A stretch of 64,000 bases of DNA from an uncultured Acidobacteriota bacterium (GCA_963795735.1 CAWCIU010000004.1:128654-192653), one strand, 5' to 3'. Positions 37,943 through 48,501 are shown, numbered from the stretch's first letter. Made by a program: numbers and translations. The notes: a model not told the origin generated them from the letters alone.

Positions 37943-39478
37943 CTACCCCGGGTCGCCCTCCTCCTCGTCGCCGTTGGCGCATTTGGGCTCCACCCAGACG
38001 CGGCCGTCGCGGGCGGCGAGGAAGTGGGCGGCCTCGGGTCCCCAGGTGCCGGCGGGATAGACGGGGAGGTCGGAGTGCCCCTGCTCGTCCCAGTACTCCA
38101 GGATGGGCATGACGATCTTCCACGCCTCCTCCACCTGATCGCGGCGCATGAACTGTGAGGCGTCGCCGTTCATCACGTCGAGCAGCAGCGTCTCGTAGGC
38201 CTCGGGCTCCGGCATCTTGAACGCCGACTTGTAGCTGAAGTGGGTTTCGACCGCCGCCAGGCGCATGTTGGAGCCCGGCCGCTTGGCCTGGAAGCGCAGC
38301 GAGATCCCCTCCTGCGGCTGGATGCACAGCACCAGCCGGTTCGGCTCCATCTCGCCGATCGCCGACGATGGGAAGGACTGGTGCGGCACCGGCCGGAACT
38401 GGATGCAGACCTCCGAGGCGTGGACCGGCATCCGCTTGCCGGTCCGCAGATAGAAGGGGACGTCCTGCCAGCGCCAGTTGTCGACGAACATCTTGAGGGC
38501 CACGAAGGTCTCGGTCGTCGAGTGGACGTCCACCCCGCTCTCGGCGCGGTAGCCCGGCACCTTCTTCTCGCCGCCGATCAGCCCCGGCCCGTACTGGCCG
38601 CGCTCGACGAAGTTGTGCACGTCCTCCGGCTTCAGGCGGCGGACGGCCCGCAGCACGTCCACCTTCTTGTTGCGCAGCTCGTCGGCGTCGAAGCTGACCG
38701 GCGGCTCCATGGCGACCAGGCAGAGCACCTGGGTCAGGTGGTTCTGCACCATGTCGCGCAGGGCTCCGGAGTGGTCGTAGTAGCCGCCCCGGGTGCCCAC
38801 CCCCTCCTCCTCGGCGACGGTGATCTGGACCGAGTCGATATAGCGGCGGTTCCACAGCGGCTCGTAGACCGAGTTGGCGAAGCGGAAGGCGAGGATGTTC
38901 TGCACCGGCTCCTTGCCCAGGTAATGGTCGATGCGGAAGATCTGCGACTCGTCGAACAGGCCGGCGAGGAAGGCGTTGAGCTCGCGGGCGCTGTCGAGGT
39001 CGTGGCCGAAGGGCTTCTCGAAGACCATGCGGGACCGCTGGGGATCGGCGAGGCACCCCGCGTCGTGGAGCTGCTTGGCGATGAGCTGCATCGCGGTGGG
39101 CGGGGTCGCGAAGTAGAAGACCCGCGTCGCCGGCTTGCCCGCCAGGGTGTCGAAGGCGGCCAGCGATTCGGCCAGCTTCTTGAACGCCGCCGCGTCGGCG
39201 AAGTCGGCCCGCTGGTACTCGAGGTGGCCGACGAACGCCTGCCAGGGCTGCTCCTCCGCCTTCCCCTGGCGGCTGAACTGGTCCACCCCCTCGCGCAGGT
39301 GCTGGGCGTAGACCGCCGGCTCCATCTCCTTGATGTCGAGGGCGAAGACCTTGAACGGCTCGACCAGCGACTTGTCGAGCCACAGGTTGTAGAGGGCCGG
39401 GATCAGCTTGCGCCAGGCCAGGTCGCCGCCGCCGCCGAAGATCACGAAAGCTGTCGGATTGGTCGTCCGTGTCCCCAC
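37943..39478 (-). CDS. zwf: Glucose-6-phosphate 1-dehydrogenase
   Basis: [15 protein letters not shown] and the active-site motif RIDHYLGKE. 511 aa. Confidence 0.92.
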   Translation of the reverse strand: MGTRTTNPTAFVIFGGGGDLAWRKLIPALYNLWLDKSLVEPFKVFALDIKEMEPAVYAQHLREGVDQFSRQGKAEEQPWQAFVGHLEYQRADFADAAAFKKLAESLAAFDTLAGKPATRVFYFATPPTAMQLIAKQLHDAGCLADPQRSRMVFEKPFGHDLDSARELNAFLAGLFDESQIFRIDHYLGKEPVQNILAFRFANSVYEPLWNRRYIDSVQITVAEEEGVGTRGGYYDHSGALRDMVQNHLTQVLCLVAMEPPVSFDADELRNKKVDVLRAVRRLKPEDVHNFVERGQYGPGLIGGEKKVPGYRAESGVDVHSTTETFVALKMFVDNWRWQDVPFYLRTGKRMPVHASEVCIQFRPVPHQSFPSSAIGEMEPNRLVLCIQPQEGISLRFQAKRPGSNMRLAAVETHFSYKSAFKMPEPEAYETLLLDVMNGDASQFMRRDQVEEAWKIVMPILEYWDEQGHSDLPVYPAGTWGPEAAHFLAARDGRVWVEPKCANGDEEEGDPG

Positions 39479-39496
39479 GCTCGCTCTCCTTCTCCG

Positions 39497-40105
39497 CTAA
39501 AGGGTCAGTCCCAGGGCCTCGAACGCGGACCGCGTCCGGGCGTAGTCGCGATGCCAGACCTCCCGCATCCCCAGCCGGCAGGCCACCTCGGTGAACATCT
39601 GCCGGTCGTCGACGTAGACCACCTCGCCGGGGTCGGCCTGGGCCACGTCGAGGGCGAGGCGGAAGATGTCCTCGTCCGGCTTGCGGAAGTGGACGTAGCT
39701 GGAGACCACGAAGATGTCCACGAACTCCTTCAAGTTGAAGCGGCGGATGCGGTCCGTCGTCAGCTCCCGCCCCTCGTTGCTCACCACCACCACCTTGAGG
39801 CCGTGCTTCGCCTTGAGCTGCTTGTAGAGCTCGATCATCTCCGGGAAGCCCCGGGCCTGCGACAGCATGAAGTCCACCACCTGGTCCTCGGTGAAGCTCC
39901 GCGGCTCCCAGAAGACCACCCGCTGCAGGTAGACGGAGAGGCTGATCTTGCCCGCCTCGTAGGTGTCGTAGGTCAGGTGGTGGCGCTCGTCCATCTGGTC
40001 GGCGTCGATCTGGAACTGCGAGGCGACCAGCTTGCGCAGCCCGCGGTCCCAGCCGTTGGTCAGCAGCACGCCGCCGAGGTCGGTGAACAGGTGGGTGATC
40101 GTCAT
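39497..40105 (-). CDS. HAD-superfamily hydrolase
   Basis: 202 aa from the ATG at 40105. DLGGVL motif I, SN motif II and a K...DD motif (YVDD). Confidence 0.75.
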   Translation of the reverse strand: MTITHLFTDLGGVLLTNGWDRGLRKLVASQFQIDADQMDERHHLTYDTYEAGKISLSVYLQRVVFWEPRSFTEDQVVDFMLSQARGFPEMIELYKQLKAKHGLKVVVVSNEGRELTTDRIRRFNLKEFVDIFVVSSYVHFRKPDEDIFRLALDVAQADPGEVVYVDDRQMFTEVACRLGMREVWHRDYARTRSAFEALGLTL

Positions 40106-40764
40106 GTCCGGCTCTCCTCCATCGACTGGATCGTCGCCACTGGAAACCCGGCCAGCAGATCGCCCAGCACCCTCGCCGCCGTCTCGGGAGTTACCACGCC
40201 GGCCGGCAGGTAGGCCACGATCCAGGCGCCGCGGGTCCCCGCCGTTACCTTGACCCGCTGGCTGTCGGTGATCGGGGTGCCGAAGGGTCCCTCGGCGTCG
40301 GCGAGCAGCGGCTTGCCTTCGAGGTTGAACGGGCCGCGCAGCGACTCGTAGCTCTCGCCCGCCCGCCCCGCCCGCAGCACCACCGGCGGGGTGAAGCTCC
40401 CCTCGGCCACGATGCAGCAGGGCACGGCGAGCGCCACCGACAGGGCGTTGTTGAGATCGACCAGCGGGTGGATCGCCGGCAGCTCGTCCCCTTTGAGCAG
40501 GCGCCGGAGCAGCGCCTCCGAGGAGGGGCGGTAGCGGGTGGGATCGCAACCCGCGGCGCGGAACAGGGCGCGCAGGGCGGCGACCGTCGGATGCGCGGAG
40601 AGGCTCTCCGCGTCATGCTCCGAGCGAGCCCGCTCGCCGGCCCGCCGCCGCAACGCCTCCAGCGCCGCTTCCTGCCCGGGCGCCGTCTCCAGGCGGCCCC
40701 AGAAGAGGTCCCAGCCGTCGAGCTCTTGGGTGACAGGAAAGGGGGAGAAAGGCCGGGCGTCCAT
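40102..40764 (-). CDS. B3/B4 tRNA-binding domain protein
   Basis: ...RYRPSSEALLRRLLKGDELPAIHPLVDLNNALS... matches the B3/4 (PheT-like) domain family. ATGA overlap with the HAD gene. Confidence 0.65.
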   Translation of the reverse strand: MDARPFSPFPVTQELDGWDLFWGRLETAPGQEAALEALRRRAGERARSEHDAESLSAHPTVAALRALFRAAGCDPTRYRPSSEALLRRLLKGDELPAIHPLVDLNNALSVALAVPCCIVAEGSFTPPVVLRAGRAGESYESLRGPFNLEGKPLLADAEGPFGTPITDSQRVKVTAGTRGAWIVAYLPAGVVTPETAARVLGDLLAGFPVATIQSMEESRT

Positions 40765-40817
40765 GGCGGGGCATATTGACACAGAGCGCCGTGACCTGCG
40801 ACCTCATCGCCTGGCCA

Positions 40818-40837
40818 CCCGGGATTGAAATCCCGGG
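40818..40837 (-). terminator. Short perfect hairpin downstream of the 40850 gene
   Basis: CCCGGGAT-tgaa-ATCCCGGG lies about 12 nt after the stop. No U-tract. Confidence 0.25.
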
Positions 40838-40849
40838 GTGACGGTTTCC

Positions 40850-41104
40850 TCAGTGCGCCTTCTGGCGGGCCTCGAAGCGGCGGATGAGCTCCATGGTCGA
40901 GGCGCTCTCGGCGCCGGGACGGCGGACCCGCCGCCAGGGCTGATCCTGCAGCCGCCGGCGGCCCAGCATCTCCGAGACCTTGCGCAGGTCGGCGTCCGCC
41001 TTCAGGGGATGGAGGTGCTCGAGGATCACGTCGACGGCCATCCGCCGCGAGGTGCCGTGTCCCAGGTTCCGCGGAACCGGATTGTCCATCGAACGATGCC
41101 GCAT
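40850..41104 (-). CDS. Small hypothetical protein (DUF3140-like?)
   Basis: 84 aa from the ATG at 41104. GHGTSRRMAVDVI...ADLRKVSEML.RR..Q.P weakly recalls the DUF3140 pattern. Confidence 0.35.
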   Translation of the reverse strand: MRHRSMDNPVPRNLGHGTSRRMAVDVILEHLHPLKADADLRKVSEMLGRRRLQDQPWRRVRRPGAESASTMELIRRFEARQKAH

Positions 41105-41511
41105 GACGGCCCCCTTTCTCTCTTCGTCTACGGATAGACGGTCCCGACCATCCAGGCCCCTCACCCCGTTAGACCCCGCCGGCTGGAAATAGGTTCCTGA
41201 TGGACTCCAGAGAGATTACGGCGGCGCCCGGTCCGGCGGATGAGAGTGGATGAGATGAAGCAGGTCGAAGAATGCCCGGCCTCCGGAACCGTTGTACGAC
41301 ACGGCCCTCGCGCCCTCCCGGCCCGCCCTCCCCGCTCCCTTTCCACCCTCCCCGCTCCCCGCTTCCGGCGCCGGGCAACCTCCGACAAGGTGGACATTAT
41401 ATGGACAAAGTTGGTTTTGTCAAGAAATATCTCTGTATATTCTTTCTGCAATATGGACAACAGATGACGGGCACGTCGCTTGCTCAATTTATCGGCGGGA
41501 GGAGGACCGCC

Positions 41512-42081
41512 ATGCAGAATCCACAAGCCAATCCCTGGAAGGGAGCCGTCGCCGGACTGGTGGCCGGGCTCGCCGCCACCTACGTGATGACCCGCTTCCA
41601 GGAGCTCTCCGGCAAGCTGGAGAAGAGGCTGAAGGGGGAGGATGAAGACGACTCGCGCCATCCACAGCACTCCGCCAAGCGGGGCACGGAGGAGAGCACC
41701 GAGGGCGAGGGAAAGGGCGACGACGCGACGGTGAAGGCCGCCGCCGCCCTCTCCCGCGGGCTCTTCCACCACGAGCTGAGCCGGGAGGAGAAGAAGAAGG
41801 CCGGCCCGGCCCTGCACTACGGTTTCGGCGCCCTGACCGGGGTGGCCTACGGGGTGCTGGCGGAGCTCGTCCCCGCGGTCACCCTGGGGGCGGGGGCGCC
41901 GTTCGGGACGGCGGTCTGGCTGGCCGCGGACGAGGTCTCGGTCCCCGCCTTCGGGCTCTCCGGCCCGCCCTGGGAGAGCCCGCCGTCAGTCCATGCCCGG
42001 GCGCTGGGGGCGCACCTGGTCTACGGCTGCGCGACCGAAGGGGTGCGCCGGCTGCTGCGGCGCGTCCTCGACCAGGCCTGA
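41512..42081 (+). CDS. DUF1440-like membrane protein
   Basis: ATG at 41512 follows GGGAGGAGGA. The TM-helix pattern with HYGFGALTG and a C-terminal HLVYG is typical of DUF1440. Confidence 0.55.
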   Translation: MQNPQANPWKGAVAGLVAGLAATYVMTRFQELSGKLEKRLKGEDEDDSRHPQHSAKRGTEESTEGEGKGDDATVKAAAALSRGLFHHELSREEKKKAGPALHYGFGALTGVAYGVLAELVPAVTLGAGAPFGTAVWLAADEVSVPAFGLSGPPWESPPSVHARALGAHLVYGCATEGVRRLLRRVLDQA

Positions 42082-42091
42082 AGCGCCTGGT

Positions 42092-44038
42092 TCAAGGCCC
42101 CTTGAGCACCACCCGCTCGCGGAAGCTCATCGGGTCGAAGCTGAGCAACCCGTCCGCCCGCGCCAGCATCGACCCCGGCGAGGAATTCCGCTTTCTCCAG
42201 GGGGAGACGAGCTTGCGGAAGCCGAGCGACCGGGAGCCGCCGGAGGCCAGATCGAGGAGCCGGACCTCCCAGGGGGACCGCGGGGACCACAGGGCGACCC
42301 GCAGGAGATTGGCCTCCGGCTGATCCGCCATCACCACGGCGCGCACTCCCGGGAAGGGAAACCGGCGCAGCTCGGCGCGGCCGTCGGGAGTGAGGATCCT
42401 CAGCTCCCGCCCCCCCGCCACCGGGCTCATCACGGCGATCCGGCCGTCGGCGAGGAACGAGCCAATCGACTTGCGGTCGCCCAGCGGCGCCAGCACCTCT
42501 CCCGTCCTCGCGTCGGAGAGGCGCAGCCCTTCATGCCCCCCCAGGAGAACGCGGTCTCCCGCCGGAGAGAGGCTCAGGCCGTTGAAGCCCAGGCCGCCCC
42601 GCAGGTGACCGGTGACCTCGAACCGCGGGGCGCGGGAGGCGAGGTCGAACTCGAGGATCTCGGGGTCCGCCCGCCTCTCCGCGGTCGAAAAGCCCCGAAC
42701 GTCGTAGAGCAAGGCCTCGTAGAGCCGGAGATGGCCGGCATCGGCGAAGACCAGATGGGGACGTTCGATCGGGGTGGGGAGCTCGGCCGCGGCGAGCAGG
42801 CGGCCGGTGTCGACGTCCGATACGGTCACCCGGCTCTGCGCGTAGTACCCGTAGTCGGCGAGCCGCCGTCCGTCCGCCGACAGGGCGAGGCTCCTGGGGA
42901 TCCCCGGGTAGGAGATCAGCGTCCGCACCGGCCTGGCGCCGGGCCGGTCGAGGTCCAGCCGGAACACCGCGAAGGGGGAATTGAACGGGACTCCGTCGTA
43001 GGCCAGCCAGACCGCCCGCCGGCCGTCGGCCGAGAAGCGGACCTGCGGTCCGAGCTCGATGGAACCCGTCCCGAGGGCGGCCGGGACGGAGCGGCCGGAG
43101 CGCAGGTCGTAGAGAAAGCCCTGCTGATAGCCGGAGATCCGCGACGAGGAGCCGACGAGCGCCACCCAGGTCCCCTGCGGAGCGCCGAGGACCTCGTCGA
43201 CGTTCCGCAGGTCGCCCGGCCCGCCGCCGATCCACCAGAAGGAGAGGCCGGCGAGGAGAACGGCGGCGGCGATCAGCGGCCCCCAGAGGGACAGCGAGAG
43301 GACCCGGTGGCCGCGGCGCAGATCCGTCCTCCCGCGGACGACCTGGAGAGCGCCCGCCAGGGCGAGGGCCAGCAGGATCACCAGGAAGCCTCCGGCGGCG
43401 ATCTCCTGGCGGGGATCGGTGACGAGGCCCCCCCTCCAGGGCGTGAGCGCTCCCACCCCGGCCAGGGTCAGGCGGCGCGAGGCGCTCCAGCAGAGCCCCG
43501 CGACCGTGCCGAGGGCCACCAGGTCGAGCAGCAGCCAGGCCGAGCGCGAGCGCACGATGACGCTCGCCGCGTGGGCGGCGAGGATCAGGCCGAGCAGGCC
43601 GACGCTCCAGAGCACGGCGGAGGCGGCCCAGCCGAGCCCCATCGCCTGGACGCCGAAGGGGTTGGAGTCGATCCCCAGCAGCGCCGCGGGAGCCAGGACC
43701 AGAATCCCGCAGCCGAGGACCACCACCAGGGCGGCGGCGATCTTGCCGGCCCAGATGGCGGCGCCGGAGAGCGGGCGGGCGAAGTAGAAGCCCAGCCGGC
43801 GCTCCGCCAGGTCGCCGGCGATGATCGAGCCGCCGAGGAAGAGCGCCAGCAGCGCGGTGAGCAGCAGGGTGAGCCCGATCGCCAGGCCGCTGCGCAGGTC
43901 CTCGGCCGAGAACCCTCCCGGCAGGAGCCCCGGCATCAGCGGCAGCGCCAGCGGCACCAGGCCGAGGATGAAGGCGACCAGGGCGAGCAGCCGGCGGTCG
44001 AAGACCTCGCGCTCGAGAACGGCGACGAATCCCCTCAT
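42092..44038 (-). CDS. ABC-2-type permease fused to a large C-terminal beta-propeller-like domain
   Basis: The N-terminal ~230 aa hold six TM helices. They are followed by ~400 aa with repeated ...DGRR.../...DGR... blade-like segments. ATGA overlap with the ATPase gene. Confidence 0.6.
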   Translation of the reverse strand: MRGFVAVLEREVFDRRLLALVAFILGLVPLALPLMPGLLPGGFSAEDLRSGLAIGLTLLLTALLALFLGGSIIAGDLAERRLGFYFARPLSGAAIWAGKIAAALVVVLGCGILVLAPAALLGIDSNPFGVQAMGLGWAASAVLWSVGLLGLILAAHAASVIVRSRSAWLLLDLVALGTVAGLCWSASRRLTLAGVGALTPWRGGLVTDPRQEIAAGGFLVILLALALAGALQVVRGRTDLRRGHRVLSLSLWGPLIAAAVLLAGLSFWWIGGGPGDLRNVDEVLGAPQGTWVALVGSSSRISGYQQGFLYDLRSGRSVPAALGTGSIELGPQVRFSADGRRAVWLAYDGVPFNSPFAVFRLDLDRPGARPVRTLISYPGIPRSLALSADGRRLADYGYYAQSRVTVSDVDTGRLLAAAELPTPIERPHLVFADAGHLRLYEALLYDVRGFSTAERRADPEILEFDLASRAPRFEVTGHLRGGLGFNGLSLSPAGDRVLLGGHEGLRLSDARTGEVLAPLGDRKSIGSFLADGRIAVMSPVAGGRELRILTPDGRAELRRFPFPGVRAVVMADQPEANLLRVALWSPRSPWEVRLLDLASGGSRSLGFRKLVSPWRKRNSSPGSMLARADGLLSFDPMSFRERVVLKGP

Positions 44039-44913
44039 GGCACCACCTCCCCGGCCCCGGTGAGGGCGATGAAGATCTCTTCGAGCGTCAGCGCGGTGAC
44101 CTCGGGATCGTCCGCCGCCGGCAGGCGCTCCTCGTCGTAGTTCGAGATCACCGCCTCCACCTCCCAGCCGCGCGAGGCCACGGCGACCGGCGCCAGGGCC
44201 TCCAGCCGCGCCACCGCCGACTCCCTGGAACGCGGGAAGCTGAGCCGGCGGAACCGGTGCTTGAGCGTCTCCATCTCCTCGTCGAGCACCAGCCGGCCCG
44301 CCCGCAGGATGCCCACCCGGTCGGCGATCCGCTCCACCCCGGCGAGGTCGTGGGTGGTGATGAACACCGTCGTCCCACGGTCGGCCAACTCGCCGATCAG
44401 CTCCTCGAAGAGGGCCTTGCGGGCCACCGCGTCGAGGCCCAGGGTGGGGTCGTCGAGCACCAGCAGGCGCGGCGAGCTGGCGAGGGCGAGCGCCATCGAG
44501 ACCTGCCCCTTCTGCCCCTTGGAGAGCTTGGCGAAGGCGGTGTCCGGGGGGACGCCGAAGCGCTCCAGCCGCGCCTCGACCCCGGCGGCGTCCCAGCGCG
44601 GATAGAGCCGGGAGCAGAAGCGGGAGAGCTGCCGGGCGGTCATCCCCGGCGGCGCGTTGGGCTCCTCGGGCACCACCCCGACCTCGACCAGGGCGCGCGC
44701 CCGCTCCCCCCAGGCGTCGTGGCCGAGCAGTTGAGCCCGGCCCGCGGTGGCCTTCTGCTCCCCCAGCAGGCAGCGGACCAGCGACGACTTGCCGGCGCCG
44801 TTCCTGCCGAGCAGGGCGTAGACCGACCCCTCGGGCACCTCCAGGGTGACCTGGTCGAGGGCGAGCCGCCGGCCGTAGCGGACGGTGAGGTCCTGCAGGG
44901 CGATCGGATTCAT
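44035..44913 (-). CDS. ABC transporter ATP-binding protein
   Basis: Walker A GRNGAGKSS, signature LSKGQKGQ and Walker B LLVLDDP. Confidence 0.9.
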   Translation of the reverse strand: MNPIALQDLTVRYGRRLALDQVTLEVPEGSVYALLGRNGAGKSSLVRCLLGEQKATAGRAQLLGHDAWGERARALVEVGVVPEEPNAPPGMTARQLSRFCSRLYPRWDAAGVEARLERFGVPPDTAFAKLSKGQKGQVSMALALASSPRLLVLDDPTLGLDAVARKALFEELIGELADRGTTVFITTHDLAGVERIADRVGILRAGRLVLDEEMETLKHRFRRLSFPRSRESAVARLEALAPVAVASRGWEVEAVISNYDEERLPAADDPEVTALTLEEIFIALTGAGEVVP

Positions 44914-45335
44914 TCCGGGTCTCCTTCCGTGTCTTCCGGGCTGCCGTTTCCACCGGTAAGGCTCCGCCAGGCGGTCTCGACCGTGGCGAGCGCCTCCTCG
45001 CGGCCGGCCCCCAGGGTCACCGCCAGGCTGGAGTAGCGCACCGCCTCCTCGCGCAGCCGGTCGTCGCGGCGGGCGTCCCCCGCCGGCGGGGGCGTCGCGG
45101 AGACGAACGTCCCCTCGCCGCGGCGCACCGTGAGCACGCCCGCGTCGGTCAGCCGCTGGTAGGCCTTGGAGACCGTGGCCGGATTGACCTGGAGGTCGCG
45201 GGCGAGGTCCCGCACCGAGGGCACCACCGCCCCGGACGGCAGCGCGCCGCGGGCGACCAGGTGCTGCACCGCCTCCTCGATCTGCCGCCAGATCGGGCGG
45301 GCGTCGCGGGGATCGATACGGAGGAGGGGGGCCAT
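44910..45335 (-). CDS. GntR-family (YtrA-like) transcriptional regulator
   Basis: PIWRQIEEAV...LPSVRDLARDLQVNPATVSKAYQRL winged HTH. Short C-terminal part as in the YtrA subfamily. ATGA overlap with the ABC ATPase gene. Confidence 0.85.
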   Translation of the reverse strand: MAPLLRIDPRDARPIWRQIEEAVQHLVARGALPSGAVVPSVRDLARDLQVNPATVSKAYQRLTDAGVLTVRRGEGTFVSATPPPAGDARRDDRLREEAVRYSSLAVTLGAGREEALATVETAWRSLTGGNGSPEDTEGDPE

Positions 45336-45376
45336 GACGATAGTGTACCACAACACCGGCACACTTTGATGATGGC

Positions 45377-45877
45377 CTACTCCTGCCAGGAGTGCGAGGT
45401 CTCCTCCGGGGCGGGCACCAGGCGGGGGTTGGCCATCAGGAGACGGGCGCAGGTGTTCCAGCGCAGGAAGGCGTCGTCGTTGCCGGCGGGACGGATCCCG
45501 GCGGCCTTCTCGAAGTGGGCCATCGCCTCCTTGAACCAGTCGTGGGCGATGTGGCCGGCGTGCGAGCCGCCGCGCTTGAGCTGCGCCTTGGCCCGGCGCT
45601 CGCAGACGATGCCGGCGTGGTAGGTGCGGCTGTACTCGTCGCGGATCCGGGCGAGCGCCTGCCGCGCCTGCTCCAGGCAGGGGCTCGGGCGCTCCTCGAA
45701 CTGATCGCTCAGGGCCAGCAGCAGCATGACGGTGGCCTCCTGGTTCTCGGGATCGGCCTCCAGGATGTCCCGGCAGATGCTCTCGGCCTCCAGCGGCTCG
45801 TTGAGGAGGCGGTACCGGTAGGCCTTCTCCAGCGCCGCGGGGATGGCTTCGCGGGACAGGGGCTTGAGCTCGTACAT
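45377..45877 (-). CDS. Hypothetical helical (TPR-like) protein
   Basis: 166 aa from the ATG at 45877. No confident family assignment. Confidence 0.45.
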   Translation of the reverse strand: MYELKPLSREAIPAALEKAYRYRLLNEPLEAESICRDILEADPENQEATVMLLLALSDQFEERPSPCLEQARQALARIRDEYSRTYHAGIVCERRAKAQLKRGGSHAGHIAHDWFKEAMAHFEKAAGIRPAGNDDAFLRWNTCARLLMANPRLVPAPEETSHSWQE

Positions 45878-45900
45878 CGCCTGGCCTCCTTCGATCCGGT

Positions 45901-46662
45901 CTATTTGCGGAAGACGCGCAAGAGCCGCTTCAGCGGGTCGTAGAACTCGTCCACCACCCGTTCTTTCAACGGGATGATGGCGTTGTCGGTGATGGTGATC
46001 CCCTCGGGGCAGACCTTGGTGCAGCACTTGGTGATGTTGCAGTAGCCGATCCCCTGGGAGTCCTTGAGGTCGCCGAGCCGGTCCTCGACGTCGAGCGGGT
46101 GCATCTCCAGCGCGGCGGTGTAGACCAGCAGCCGGGGGCCGATGAACCGGTCGTGCAGGTGGTGCTCGCGCAGCACGTGGCAGACGTCCTGGCAGAGGAA
46201 GCACTCGATGCACTTGCGGAACTCCTGCACCCGGTCGACGTCCTCCTGGGCGATCCGCCAGGTGCCGTCCGCGGCGTCGGGCGGGCGCGGCTTGAACTTC
46301 CGGATCTTCTGCTTGGCGCCGAAGTTGAAGGAGACGTCGGTCACCAGGTCGCGGAGGATCGGAAAGGCCTTCATCGGCTCGATGGTGACCGGCTCGGCCA
46401 GCGGCAGGTCGTTGAGGCGGGTCATGCACATCAGCCGCGGCTTGCCGTTGACCTCGGCCGAGCAGGAGCCGCACTTGCCCGCCTTGCAGTTCCAGCGCAC
46501 GGCGAGATCCGGGGCCGACTCGGCCTGGATCTGGTGCACCGCGTCGAGCACCACCATCCCCTCCGAGACCCCGGTCGCGTAGTCGGTGAAGGCGCCGCCA
46601 CCCTGATCCCCGCGCCAGATCCTGAAGGTCGCCTGCGATGCCTGAGACGCCTGAGCCGTCAT
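45901..46662 (-). CDS. sdhB: Succinate dehydrogenase/fumarate reductase iron-sulfur subunit
   Basis: 2Fe-2S motif CKAGKCGSC, plus CIECFLCQDVC and CTKVCP cluster motifs. Confidence 0.9.
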   Translation of the reverse strand: MTAQASQASQATFRIWRGDQGGGAFTDYATGVSEGMVVLDAVHQIQAESAPDLAVRWNCKAGKCGSCSAEVNGKPRLMCMTRLNDLPLAEPVTIEPMKAFPILRDLVTDVSFNFGAKQKIRKFKPRPPDAADGTWRIAQEDVDRVQEFRKCIECFLCQDVCHVLREHHLHDRFIGPRLLVYTAALEMHPLDVEDRLGDLKDSQGIGYCNITKCCTKVCPEGITITDNAIIPLKERVVDEFYDPLKRLLRVFRK

Positions 46663-46677
46663 TTCATCTCCTCGCCA

Positions 46678-48501
46678 TCATTTCATCTCTTCGATAATCG
46701 CCTGGAGCTCCGGGCTGGTCGGCGGCAGCGGCTGGCGGGAGATCCCCATCTCCCCGTCCGGCCCCTTGCGGACCACGATGTTGAAGGCGCCGAACGCCGC
46801 GTCCTTCGCCGGGTAGTCGTCGCGGAACTGGGCGCCCCGGCTCTCCCGGCGCTCCAGGGCCGCCCGGGTGACCGCCTCGGAGACGGTGAGCAGGTTGGGG
46901 AGGTCGAGCGCGGTGTGCCAGCCCGGGTTGTACTCGCGGTTGCCGGTGACGCCGACCCTGGCCGCCCGCTCGCGTAGGCGGCCGATCCCCTCCAGGGCGC
47001 GCTCCATCTCCGCCTCGGTGCGGACGATGCCCACCAGGTCCTGCATCATCCCCTGCAGCTCCTGCTGGATCTGGTACGGCCCCTCGCCGCCCGGCCCGCC
47101 GCCGCGCTCGAAGGGGGCGAGCAGCCGCTTGGCCGCCGCCTCGACCGCCGCCTCGTCGATCCGGCCCGTCTTTCCCCCCTCGCGGGCGAAGCGCGCCGCG
47201 TACTCACCCGCCCGCTTGCCGAACACCAGCAGGTCCGACAACGAGTTGCCGCCCAGGCGGTTGGCGCCATGCAGCCCGGCGCCGCACTCGCCGGCGGCGA
47301 ACAGGCCGGGCACGGTGGACATCTGGCTCTCGGGGTCCACCCGCACGCCGCCCATCATGTAGTGCGTGGTCGGCCCGATCTCCATCGGCTCCCTGGTGAT
47401 GTCGATGTCCGCCAGCTGCTTGAACTGGTGGTACATGCTGGGAAGCTTCTTCTTGATGTGCTCCGGGGCGTTGGCGATCTTCTCCTTGATCCAGGAGATG
47501 TCGAGATACACGCCGCCGTGGGGGGTGCCCCGCCCCGCCTTGATCTCGCGCACGATGCAGCGAGCCACGTGATCGCGGGTGAGCAGCTCCGGCGGGCGGC
47601 GGGCGTTCTTGTCCCCCTGGCAGTAGCGCCACCCCTCCTCCTCGTTGTCGGCGGTCTGCTCCTTGTAGAGCGGCGGGATGTCGTCGAACATGAAGCGCCG
47701 CCCTTCGCGGTTGCGCAGCACGCCGCCCTCGCCGCGCACCCCCTCGGTCACCAGGAGCCCGCGGACGCTGGGCGGCCAGACCATCCCGGTGGGATGGAAC
47801 TGGACGAACTCCATGTCCATCAGGTCGGCGCCCGCGTCGTAGGCCAGGGAGTGGCCGTCGCCGGTGTACTCCCAACTGTTGCTGGTGATCGAGAAGGAGC
47901 GGCCGATGCCGCCGGTGGCGAGGATCACCGCCCCGGCCTCCCAGACCCGGCACCGCCCGCGCTCGCGGTCGTAGCCGAACGCGCCGGCGATCCGGTCGCC
48001 GTCCTTGAGCAGGGTGTTGACCGTGCACTCCATCTGGAAGTCGATGCCCAGGTGGATGCCGTGGTCCTGCAGGGTGCGGATCATCTCGAGACCGGTGCGG
48101 TCGCCGACGTGGGCGAGGCGCGGGTAGCGGTGGCCGCCGAAGTTGCGCTGCAGGATGCGGCCATCCGGCGTGCGGTCGAACAGAGCGCCCCAGGCCTCCA
48201 GCTCGCGCACCCGCTCGGGAGCCTCCCGGGCGTGGATCTCGGCCATCCGCGGATGGTTCAGATACTGGCCGCCCCGCATGGTGTCGGAGAAGTGGACCCG
48301 CCAGTTGTCCCGGTCGTCCACGTTGGCCATCGAGGCGGCGACCCCGCCCTCGGCCATCACCGTGTGGGCCTTGCCCAGCAGCGACTTCGAGAGCACCCCC
48401 ACCTTCGCCCCGGCCGCCGCCGCCTCGATGGCGGCGCGCAGGCCGGCGCCGCCGGCGCCGATCACCAGCACGTCGTATTGAAAGCGCGGGAAGTCGGCCA
48501 C
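46678..48501 (-). CDS. sdhA: Succinate dehydrogenase/fumarate reductase flavoprotein subunit
   Basis: VLVIGAGGAGLRAA FAD fold, HTVMAEGG (flavinylated His region), HPTG and HGANRLGGNSL. Confidence 0.95.
   Translation of the reverse strand: MADFPRFQYDVLVIGAGGAGLRAAIEAAAAGAKVGVLSKSLLGKAHTVMAEGGVAASMANVDDRDNWRVHFSDTMRGGQYLNHPRMAEIHAREAPERVRELEAWGALFDRTPDGRILQRNFGGHRYPRLAHVGDRTGLEMIRTLQDHGIHLGIDFQMECTVNTLLKDGDRIAGAFGYDRERGRCRVWEAGAVILATGGIGRSFSITSNSWEYTGDGHSLAYDAGADLMDMEFVQFHPTGMVWPPSVRGLLVTEGVRGEGGVLRNREGRRFMFDDIPPLYKEQTADNEEEGWRYCQGDKNARRPPELLTRDHVARCIVREIKAGRGTPHGGVYLDISWIKEKIANAPEHIKKKLPSMYHQFKQLADIDITREPMEIGPTTHYMMGGVRVDPESQMSTVPGLFAAGECGAGLHGANRLGGNSLSDLLVFGKRAGEYAARFAREGGKTGRIDEAAVEAAAKRLLAPFERGGGPGGEGPYQIQQELQGMMQDLVGIVRTEAEMERALEGIGRLRERAARVGVTGNREYNPGWHTALDLPNLLTVSEAVTRAALERRESRGAQFRDDYPAKDAAFGAFNIVVRKGPDGEMGISRQPLPPTSPELQAIIEEMK

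Noticed and set aside
41391-41460. Three TGGACA / ATATGGACAA direct repeats in the AT-rich region upstream of the DUF1440 gene.
   Set aside because: The hexamer repeats are short and irregularly spaced (41391, 41402, 41454). They could simply be promoter-region AT-richness, and there is no supporting symmetry.
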